This document shows positions 41,551-53,500 of a stretch of DNA of 64,000 nt, one piece after another. The position numbers and the translations under genes were made by a program. The notes under the pieces were generated by a model. That model was not told the DNA's origin. It saw only the letters and a program-made list of their open reading frames with translations, and did not search any database. The stretch comes from Octopus bimaculoides (Eukaryota), in contig NC_068982.1 of NCBI RefSeq assembly GCF_001194135.2, forward strand, positions 45,359,503 through 45,423,502, given 5' to 3'. The stretch's first letter is position 1. Each line of letters starts with the position of its first letter.

Positions 41551-44500
41551 GAGTTAGTGTGTGTGAGTGTATATCAAATAAAGAACTTAAAATAGGTACA
41601 TCAAGCATAAAAGAAGAAAATTGAAATTATCCAGATACTGTCTGAATGATGAATGACAGCTAAGTGTTTTGTCATTTCCTGTGTCATTTAGGATGTTAAA
41701 CGAATTTAAAAATTTTAAAATATCTAACTCACCAGTCCATATGGTTATCACAGTAATGATTTTTGAATAGTTGAACATTTAGTATTTGTTAATGTGTTTA
41801 GTTGATTCTATTTTTGCTTTTTGTTTTTAGATTCACACTAATAAAATGGAATACCTTCCCAATGAAAACATTGAAGTTGAGATATCTGGTTCACCAGGCC
41901 AACATGTTGTGCTATTATTTATGGACAAGGCTATGGGTTACATTGACAGCCGACCCAAAATTACAAAAGAATTTGTAAGTAATCTTGCTTTTGTATTTGG
42001 TTTGCAAGGTTCTTGATGTGAAACTATGTGCTGAAACTGATATTATTATATTTTGGGAGGGACATTATACCAATAATAAACACACACACCGATTCTGTTT
42101 TACTACGTTCTTCATTCAAACCTGGAACAGATCTGGAGGAGAGAGGGCATGTATGTCATTGATGAGGTCACAAATGACAATGAAAGAACTCTGTCAGACA
42201 TAACTGATTGATTGATTGATTGATTAACCATATGATTAATCAAACAATTCATTAGTTAATTGTTAACTGGTTAATTAGTCAATCACTAATAATCAAAAAT
42301 GTCCAATAGAACCACTGCATATGTATATTATTGTAAATAATTATTTGTTAAAATTAAAATAAGTCAATGTAGCAAATACTTTTCTGTATTACAAAATTCT
42401 ACAGTTTCCTTGATATTAAACAGATGAGAGATAAATATCCCTTTGGATAGAAAACTGTTCTACTTCAGGTAGTTTTTCAGTGAGGAAGATTAAACATGCT
42501 CTGCAAGCCAATGATTTCTGCAGTAATTTCACAAAAATGCTGTGGTTTATAGTGGTTATCAGATTTGCAATATCTACATATAGCTAGGTAGACTTTGCCA
42601 TCAACAGTTAAAAAGACTTAACCATGAACAGTGTCTGGTGGGATTGGAAAGGAATTTCTGTACTATGAGCTTCTCCCAAGTAACCAGACAATTAATTCTG
42701 AGAAATACTGCACACAACTGGATGAGTTAAAAGCAGCAATTCAAGAGAAACGTCCTGAATTGGCCAACAGGAAGGGTGTTGTTTTCCAACATGATAATGC
42801 AAGACTGTAAGTTTCTTTGGGAACCAGACAAAAATTACTGCAGCTCGGCTGGAATGTGTTAGCTCACCCTCCATATTCATCAGATATTGCTCCTTCGAAT
42901 TTCCACTTATTCATGTCTCTGCAGAATAGTCTTAATGGTAAAAATTTCAATTCCTTGGATGAGGTAAAAAGATACCTTGATTATTTCTTTGCCATGAAAC
43001 CACCTCAGTTCTGGGAAGAGGGTATTTTCAAGTTAAAGGAAAGATGGAGACGCATTGTGCAACAAAATGGTTCATATTTGGTTGATTAAAAATGTAATGG
43101 CAAGTATTTATTGACCTTTTTCTTTCCTTTAAAAATCAGCAAGAACTTTCCGGACAACCCAATATATATATAGATATGTATGTATGTCTATATTTATGTG
43201 TATGTGTCTTTGTATTGGTGTTTGTTCCTCAACCATCACTTGACAACTGATGTTGGTGTGTTTACATCCCTGTGACTTAGCAGTTCGGCAAAAGAGGATG
43301 ATAGAATAAGTACTAGGCTTACAAAGAATAAGTTCTGAGGTTGATTTCTCTAACTAAAAACCCTTTAAGGTGGTTCTCCAGCATGGCTACAGTCAAATGA
43401 CTGAAACAAGTAAAAGAGTAAAAGAGTACAATATAACTAAACAATGCATTTTTGGAATGAACTGTACATGAAATTAATTTCTAAAATATAATATATTTTA
43501 TTGTCTATGTTTGTTATTAAACAGCATATTGCTAATTTTGTTCTCTCTATGGATTATAACATTTCTAGATAAGAGATGAAATGCTTTTGAATCTCCAAAC
43601 TGATAGAATGCTGAATGTAAGTTTGCATTTTGTCATTTCATTTTGTTTTATTTAATTTTTATTTAATTTAATTTTATTTTTATAAGCTCTTTACAGCAAG
43701 ATGCCTGTTCTTTTCCCTTTATCATATCTTGTCACCTGGCATAGAGTCACTTCTCTCAATATTACTTCCCACCTCAGCTGAGGGTGTCTTTGTCTTGCAA
43801 GTTACTTGGTGACCCTGCTTGGAGCTGCTGCCACATAAAAAGCACCCAGGACATTCTGTACAGTTAGGAAAAACATCCAGCTATAGAAACCCTGACAGGA
43901 GAGCTTCACAAAGACTTGTACCTTGCCAGCTCCTGTCAAACTGTCTAACCCATGCCATCATGGAAATGAATGTTAAATGATATTGATGATTTCAAAATGA
44001 ATGTTAAATGATATTGATGATTTCAAAAGCTCTGTGGAGTGGTTGGCATTTAAGGAGGGCATCCAGCCATAGAAACCAAGCCAAGACAGACTGGAGCCTG
44101 GTGCAGCTCTGCAGCTCACCAGCTCCAGTCACACCATCTTACCCATTCAAGCATGGAAAATGGATGTTAAATGATGATGAATATATTTTAGATTTATTTC
44201 AATGCAGGCATAGCTATGTGGTTAAGAATTTTTTTTGCAACAACGTGGTTTTAGTTGAGTCCCATTGTGAGATACCTTGGGCAAGTATCTTCCACTATAC
44301 CCCCAAGCTAACCAAGCCTTGTTGTAAATTTGGCAGATGGAAACAGAATAGAAGCATCTCTGTGCGGTAGTTGGTGCTAGGAAGGGCATCCAGCCAAAAA
44401 AACCATGCCAAAATGGACACGGAAGCCTGGTGTAGTCTTCTACCTGGCCAGCTCCTGTCAAACCATTCAACACATGCCAGCATGGAAGGCAGACATTAAA

Positions 44501-47500
44501 TGATGATGTATGATGCGGACATATTCTATGCCCATGAAATGTCAAATAATACCAAGCTGAATCAAACTGTTACTATATATCCTCATTGTCATTTAACATC
44601 CACTTTTCCATGCTTGCATGGGTCAGAGAGAATTTATTGAGGCAGATTTTGTATGGCTGGATGCTTTTCCCATCACCAACCCTCACCATTTTCCAAGCAA
44701 GGTTACATTTTGCCATCACTGGACATGTCTTTCCACAGAAGTGCGGAAATAAACAGCATTGTTTATATGTTGGTGATGCTCATTTACAAGAATCTTGTGA
44801 TGTTAAGACAAAGGTACACACAAATATACATACACACACTATGCACACACAGCACACAACATCATCTACAAGAGTAGTTTAGATGTATTTGTACTTAGCA
44901 TTTCTCATATTCATTTTTTCAATCTTTTAATGTTGAATATTTCAAATGAAATTCATTAACTACTGTTTTTATTTTTCCTTTACAGAATTTCAAGCTCTCT
45001 TTAATTGGGAATAGTGACAAAAAGAGAAGAGATGCAACAGTTGCAAAAGAAAATGTGCTCAATTCTCGTGCTGTTCCTTCTACCATTCCTAAGGAATCTA
45101 ATTTTTTGGTATCTTATACATTTTAACTATTTAACTTAACATAAAGGCTTTTAAATGTACATGTGCTCTTCTACTGCTGATTTACTTCCTAAATTACAAT
45201 ATTAACCCATTCACATTTAAACCAGCCATATCCAGCTCAAATATTCTACATATTTTAGGTTAAAACTGACCAGCTCCAACCTCTCACACCAAACCTACAA
45301 TGTCATTTTGAAAATATATAAACACACCATTGAAATCTTGAAGCTACAAGATAATGTGAGATTAATTCAAAACAAAGTGAATAAATAAGAAACATTTGAC
45401 AAAGAAATCTGGATGTAGATATGAAATTGTAATGTCCCAAACTTAGCACAAATGTTATATTGTATATTCACATGCAAGTTGAATTTTATTTGAAAAATGC
45501 TTAGCCTTTTTAATAAATTTATTTTTTAAAAAATATGACCATAAAAATTAATTCAAATTAAATTATATATTCATTTCAGCATATAAAAAAAGAAAAAGAA
45601 CCATACAATTCTTAATAATTAAATTTCTAAAAAATATTGGAATTAACTTTATTTCTTATCTCTTATTCCATTCTGTTTGTATCTGCAGGCAGAGCCTTCC
45701 CCTATGTCTCAAAGTTTGTTCAATGCTAATGTTGCTGAAGACTGTAAGTCTAAATTTATATTTATATATATATCTAACCTTCATATATTGCTTCATTTGA
45801 TAGTTTTTATTTGCTTTTTCCTGAAATATTTTTCAAGGTGTTTCAAAATGTTTTTATTATTATTATTTTTTTTCTTTTTAAGAATCTCTTTTATTGTTTA
45901 GTCTGAAGAGAAGGCACTGCTCAGGAGATCCTTTAGAAGGCTCCTGAAGCTGGTAGGAGGGAAGGAGAAAGGTATCCTCAAAGTGGAGACTAGGTTTCAA
46001 TGCTTGCAATAGAGTGGACTTCACTAAAGGCTCTTAAGAACTGGTGGTGGTGTTAAACTGGTCCTTGAGTGGCATTAGAAGAGCCCACTTTTAAGCTTTT
46101 ATGCTAGGTCTCTGGTTTCAGGATATTTCTGACACCTACCTTCCTCCCATTAATTTTTAGAAGTCATATAAAATATTTTGAGTATTGCCTGAATGTTATG
46201 TAAATTAAAATGTTGCTAATTATTTGAATTAATATTTTAAATAATTTAAGGTAGTGAGCTGGCAGAATCGTTAGCATTCCAGGCAAAATACTTAGCAATA
46301 TTTCGTCTGTCTTTACATTCTAAGTTCAAATTCTGCTGAGGTTGATTCTGCCTTTCATCCCTTTAGGATCAATAGAATAAGTACCAGTTGAGTACTGGGA
46401 TTGATGTCATTGAATTTCTTCCCCTGAAATTGCTGGCCTTGAGCCAAAATTTGAAAGCGACATCTTAAATAATTTATATCAAGCATTTATGACTCCATCA
46501 ATTTTATTTATATCATTTTGTCTTCTTTTGTTTTCAGACTCGACTGATTCTTTATCTGGAATGTTTTATGATCTAACATTGAGGTAATGTATATTTTCTG
46601 AAACTCTTTGTGAGAAATTGTTTTGAAGGGATATGCAGTTTTTTTTTTATTGGGTTATTCAATGCAGTTATAATACTAATGAGAACCACAGATGTCTTAG
46701 TTGATAGCTCAGTGGTTCTCAACCATTTTCTGCCTATGGATCCCTTTGATTCCTATTCTACTCTACTGGACCCCCATAGCTATTCAATGTATATAAAAAC
46801 CATCCTACTGGATTTTTGTAATTTAATGTTATTAGGAGTTGTATTAAAAATTAAAATATTCTGTGTATTAAAGAAGTATAGCCAATTTATTGTACATAAA
46901 TTTTAACAATAAAATCCTATATGAACCCCGGTTGAGAACTACTGTAGCTAAAGGTTTAATTCTTTAGCATTCAAATCTGCCATATCTGGCCTAAATACTT
47001 TACCTGTTCTATGTTCAAATCAGCCAAATTCAGCCTCTTACATCTACCCCACAATATCATTACCAAAGTAAAGAGTCACATCACAGAAATCTCATAGCTA
47101 TGAGATAATGCATAACTGATTCAAAATAATGTGATTAAGTAAACATTACGTTTCAGAGTTCTTCTCACTCAACTCATGTGGTACCCAAACATCGGAGTGA
47201 TTTGTGTACCCAAGCTTTACCAGGTGCTCATGAAGAATGGATTTTGATAGCTTGTGTATATATATATATATATATATACACACACATTATTCTCCACTCT
47301 TACTGTGCTCTCTACACCTTCTGATTGATTCTTACATGTGTTAACAAGTACCTCCTTGCAACAATGTAAACTTTCATTCAGTTAAGATACCCTTGGCCTG
47401 AAGAGTAGCCTACGGTGTACACCTCACTTGGATATTTACCACTTCCAAGGTTCTGCTTGCTATGAAACATATGTAGCCCAGATCTTATCTACTCCATTCC

Positions 47501-50500
47501 TTAACTCTTGTATTCATATTCGCATACTTGGCAACCCTGATCACCGACCATGAAATATAAAAAAGAGACCTTTTTATAGTTTATCGTACTTTGATGTGAA
47601 AAAATCCACACTCTCCTATCTCAATGAACCACTATTGTCCTTGAAAGTTGTTTATTATATTTACTATGGATTGGTTGAAGCTAACTTTCTTCCTACACCT
47701 TGATCCTTGGATTGATCCTGGTGTCATGTAACTGGCACCTGTGCCAGTGGCATGTGGATATAGCACCTTTCAAAAGTTGAGCCTCATGGAGGCACAGTGA
47801 TTGATGCTGGTGTCTCATAACTGGCACCCATGCTGGCGGCATGTAAAAAGCACCTTTCAAGCATTTGGGCCTCATGGAGGCAAAGTGGCCGATGCCGGTG
47901 ACACGTGAAAAGCACTTTCCAAGTTTTGGGCCTCACAGAGGCAATGGTGAATGACCAAGGCATTATGGCGTGAGGAAAGGCAAAGTCAACCTCAATAGAA
48001 TTTGAACTCTAAGCATAATGGGTTGGTACAAATACCATAAAGTACTTTTCTGACACTTCTGTTGGCTTGCTGACCTTACTGTGAGGTGACTGTCGTTATC
48101 GTTAGACCTAACTCATCATAAATAAATACCACTATGAGTGCGCAATGATGCCATCAACAGGTTGGTCCTGAAACAACATGTATTCTGTCTTCATGACCCC
48201 ATAAACTTGCTAGCATCCAGTATGTGAAGCTTTCAACTGGTAACACTTGCAACTGCGAGTTGTTTGCAAAAAAAATCCAATAGTAATAACATTTATATAA
48301 TTTGTTCTAAAATCACACTATATATATATATATATATTTTTTTTTTGTCTTTCAACAGAAATGATGGTATGCAGAAGATAAATTTCTCTTTACCAGATAA
48401 TCTTACCACTTGGGAGATTCAAGGTTTCGGAATTATTGATAATACACATTTCTGTGTAGCTGAAATAGCTGAAGTGAAAACTTTCAAAAGTTTTGTTGTC
48501 AAAATGAATTTCCCTAAAGTTGTAAAGCAATTTAATTTTACAATGGTTACGGTTCTTCTATATAACTATAAGAATACAGCTCTACGAGTAAGTTCCAGCA
48601 TTACATTTATATGTTTTCCATTCAGTTTCATCATCATCCACATCATCGTTGTCATCATCTTGTGATCATATTTCATCATCATTGTCCTGCTCCTCCTCTT
48701 CATCATCATTATCATCATTATTATTGCCAATACTATCATCATCATCATCATCATCATCATATTATTATCATCATTATTGTCCTTGCTGTCATCATCATCA
48801 TATTCAATCACATTGTCATCATCACCACTGTCATTATTACCATTGTCATCATCGTTATTATCATCATCGTTGTTGTTGTCATCATCATCATTATCATTTA
48901 TTTCTGCTTCCCATGCTAGAATGGGTTGGTATGGGTTAGACCATGTCAGTTCGTATTTATTTGGAGTTATTTGTGTATGTGTGTTATTGTGTTGTGTTGT
49001 GTGTGTGTATATGGTGTTTAATGTGTGTGTGTGTGTGCATGCATGCACGTCAGTGTATACATTTGTTCACATGCATGTGTGTTTATGCAGGTGTTTACAT
49101 TTTGTGCTTCTCATGAAAATTACTGAGCTGTAAATAGTGACGTTTGCTGACATTTCCCAGTCAACAAATCCTTTAGTAGTTCTGTGCTTTCAAAGAGGAG
49201 TAAAATAAAACTCCCTTACTCGAAAAACAGGTATGGATCAGTAACAGGAAGGTTGTCCAGCTATAAGACAATGCCTCAATAATGTTTATTTGTTTAACTT
49301 TTGTTAGTATGGAAAAATGGACCAGCTGTAAAACCCATGCCAAAACCCACCTTACCAGTACTGGTGCCACATAAAATGCACTCAATCCACATTGTAAAGT
49401 GGTTGGTGTTAGAAAGGGCATCCAGCCATAAAAACCATGTAAAAACAGACATTGAGACCTGGTGCAGTCTTCTGGTGATCCAGCTACTGTCAAACCTTCT
49501 AATCCAATGGTTCTCAACTATTTTTTGCTTGTGAACCTTGATTCCTCTTTTACTTGGGTGGACTCCCATAGCCATTTGTTGTTTTTAAAAATCCCATATT
49601 TTTATATTTAAATACCATTGGGAATCATATATAAAAAGAATTTGTTAAAATACTTTGTGTATTGTAGAAGTATAAGCAATATATTGTAGATAAATTTTAA
49701 TTATATCTTATATGGACCCTGCAAGGGCCAATTAGACCCCAGTTGAGAACCACTGATCCAATCTGTGCCAGCATGAAAAATGGACATTAAGTGATGGTGG
49801 TGGTGACGACGATGATATGTTTTGTTTTGTCTTACAAATTAAACCATTTTTATTTTCCTTTTTTGTTCCTAGGTACAAGTTACACTTCATGAATCAGCAG
49901 ATGTTTGCTCATATGTCAATAGAAATGGACATCATTATGAAACAAGTGTTGATATTGAAGCAAATGAGTCTAAATCTATCTTTTTTGTTATTCGGCCTCT
50001 TAATTTAGGAAAATTTCCCCTTAAGGTCTCTGCAAGAGATACTGGATCAAATGATATAGAAATCATTGAAGAAGAAATGTTTGTTCAAGTGAATACTCCA
50101 AAAGTAAATAATATATTAATCTATCTTCTATCTTTTACTTGTTTCAGTCATTAGATTGTACCTGTTTTGGGACACTGCTTTGAAGGCTTTCATCAAACAA
50201 ATTGCCCCGAGAACTTATTTTTTTAAAGCCAGTTCCATTGATTTCTTTTGCTGAAGTGCTAAGTGACAAGGGTGTAAGCAAACTAACATTGGTTGTCAAG
50301 TGGTGGTGGCGGTGGGGACAAGCACAAACACAAGGACACACACATACAGATATATGCACACACACACACATTTATATATATGATGGGTTATTTCAGGTTC
50401 CAACTACCAAATTCACTCACAAGTCCTTGGTTGGCTTGGGATTATAGCAGAAGGCACTTCCCCAATTTGCCATGAAGTGGGCCTGAACCCAAGATCACAT

Positions 50501-53500
50501 GGGTGGGAAGCAAGCTTTTTAACCATGCAGCAACATCTGTTCCTCTAATTTATTTAATATCTTTTACTTATTTTTTCAATGATCAGCTTGATGCTATAGT
50601 AGAAATATAAAAAAATTTTTTAAAAAGCCACTCACCCATGATGTACAGTGGGACTGAACCTGAAACCATGTTGTTGCAAAGCAAGCTTCTTGACCACACA
50701 GCCATGCTTGCACCTGTTGAATATTCTTACTTTAATTTTAAAATTTTATGTAAATATTTGAAGAACACAATTTTTAGATAATGAAGTAGTATTTGTATTT
50801 TTGTTTTGATTTGTTTAACAGTTTGAAAAAAAAGAAAATAGAAACTTCACCAACAATAACCTTCCAGTTGAGAAAGTTCCAGATAATGAAATATCAGTTA
50901 AAAATCGTATGTAGAGAATTAGATTCAATCAAAATTCTATTACACTTATGTTTGATTTCTATTATCATATTTTAAAATTTTGCATTAATTTTTTAAAAAT
51001 GCACCATATTTTCCAGCATACAAGCCCATGTAATACATAGTGTAAATAAGGCTGCGGGCTGGCAGAATTGTTAGCACACTGGACAAAATGCTGTCAAGTA
51101 TTTTCTCTATTCTTTTATTCTTTCATTCTTTTACTTGTTTCAGTCATTTGACTGCAGCCATGCTGGAGCACTGTCTTGAAGGGTTTTAGTAGAACAAATT
51201 GAACCCAAGGCTTATTACTTAAGCCGAGTACTTACTGTATTGGTGTCCTTTGCTGAACTGCTAAGTTGCAGGGATGTAAACACACCAACACCAGTTGTCA
51301 AGTGGTGATGGGGGGACAAGCACTGACAGAAAGACACATACGCACAACACACATATATATATGACAAGCTTCTTTCAGTTTCCGTCTACCAAATCCACTC
51401 TCAAGCCTCAAGACTATAGCAGAAGGCACTTGCCCGAGGTGCCATGCAATAGGACTGAACCCAGGACCATGTGGTTAGGAAGCAAGCTTCTTACCACATA
51501 GCCATGCCTGCGGCATCTTTACATTCTGAGTCCAAATGCTGCTGATGTCGATTTTGCTTTCCATCAACTTAGCCCCTTCTCTGAAACTGATGTCCTTGTG
51601 CCAGAAATTTGAAACCAATATATTGTGTAAACATGCAGTGTAAATATTCAAACATTGTCACTATTTTCCCAAATTCTGCTGCATTTCACATGGAATTTCT
51701 GGTCCTCCAAAGTTGTCTTGGTGCATAAATTGGTCTACCTGTTTTGGCCGTAGATTTTAGCCTGAAAACTTTCACTTGTATGCCTGGAAAATATGATATA
51801 AAGATTTCATGACAAATACTTTTCAAATTAGATATTAAAAAAATCTTATATTATAGTCATCTCATTTCATCATCATCATCACCATTGCTTTTAATGTCCA
51901 CTTTTCCATGCTTACTCAGATCAGATTGAGGTAGATTTTCTATGGCTGGATGCCCTTCCTGTCACCAACCTTCACTTGTTTCCTAGCAAGGAAGTATTTC
52001 TCCATGGTTAGACATATTCTCATAGAAAAATAGAAATGAACAACAACACCTCTGTTGTGGAGGGGATATTCCTTTACAGCCATCACATGGCAAGGAGACA
52101 CAAACACACACACATTTCTATATGTGTGCATGTATACATGCATGCATATGTACCTGCACACACACACACACACACACACACAAACAACACATTTTCATTC
52201 AGATATGCTTTACTTGAAATAATACATAATTCATTTACTTTCTGACATTGAATTTGAAAACGTTAATTTATCCTTTTCTTTTCTTATTGCACTAGGTTAT
52301 TTATTTAGCAGTATTGTGAAAACTGCCTTGACTGAACCTGGAAAATTGATACTCATGTCTTATGGATCTGGAGAGCAAAATATCATTTATATGGCATTAA
52401 CAATTTATGCTCTAAAATATCTCAGAAATACTATCCAGATGGATGAGAAAGTGTATGAGAATGGGAAAGAATTCATAAGAATGGGTAAAGTTAATTTTAA
52501 ACTCAGTCTATGTCCTTAATTATCTAACATATATAATACAAAATTTTATATCTGTAACGTAATTTGCTTTCATTTATAATGGCTACTTGGATTCATTGCA
52601 TTAAGTTAAATATGTTAGTTGCTGTTGTTGAACCCTTATCAGACTTATAATCAAAAGCAACCCAAATTTCACAATTTCATCCTTTTAACCCTTTTGATAC
52701 CAACCTGCCTGAAACTGCCCAGGGTCTGATAAAACTGTTTTAGTTTAGATTACTGTTTTAAGGTATCTAAATTAAGACTTTCCTTCAAAATTTCTTGTGA
52801 ATATATGATCCAATCACCTGCTTAATAATAACAAAGCTATTTCACTAAATTCTTCATTGTTTACAAAATTAATTGTAACAAAAGCTATGTATTTCAACAG
52901 ATATAGTAACAAAAAAGGGTACTGCCTCAAAGAGTTATAGTCAAACAAATGAACCCTGGGACTTATTCTTAAAGCTTGGTACTTATTTTATTGGTCTATT
53001 TAGTCAAACCACTATGTTACAGGGATGTAAACAAATGAACACTTGTTGTCAAGCAAGAGGGTAGGGAAAGCCGTTATAAAAATTTACTTTGTACACAAAC
53101 ATACATGCACATGCACATACCTATGTGTGCATGTGTATATAAAGAAGTAAACACTGGATGGATAGTTATTTGCTCACTACAGCTATTTCAGACATGTTTT
53201 TTATTGATGAATACAGTTATTATATCATGTGAAAAAAAACAAACATTTACATCAGGTAAAGATAGGCAAAAATTAAACATTTAAAAAAAAACATCCCACA
53301 AATCCAAGCATGTGCCATTTCATGACACTCTGGTGAACTTTGGTCACCTGGCGAAAACGTTTTTTTTTTTTCCACTCCTATTCATCAATAAAAATCACGT
53401 TTGAAACAGCTGTAGTGAGTGAACCACTACCCAAGTGTTGTTATTTGTTTATTATTCACCTTACTCAGAATCTGCAATTAACGTGGATCTGGAGTCTATT

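Noticed and set aside
40440-41557. (TA)n-cacacgagttag appears before the gap and again after it
   Set aside because: Probably unmerged haplotype or scaffolding redundancy around a TA repeat; cannot be treated as biological without long reads.
43964-44026. Exact 31-bp tandem duplication
   Set aside because: Simple slippage at the junction of two family C tails; no functional indication.
47157-47223. Possible extra exon after tttcag between exons P and Q
   Set aside because: The phase-compatible donor creates TGA at the junction with exon Q and the other donor is out of phase; the AG is part of a family E MITE end.
51017-51039. Possible micro-exon (IQAHVIH) after ttttccag that would lengthen the CUB segment
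   Set aside because: Needs two weak non-consensus donors; with the strong C|gtatgt donor of exon S it gives a stop or frameshift.
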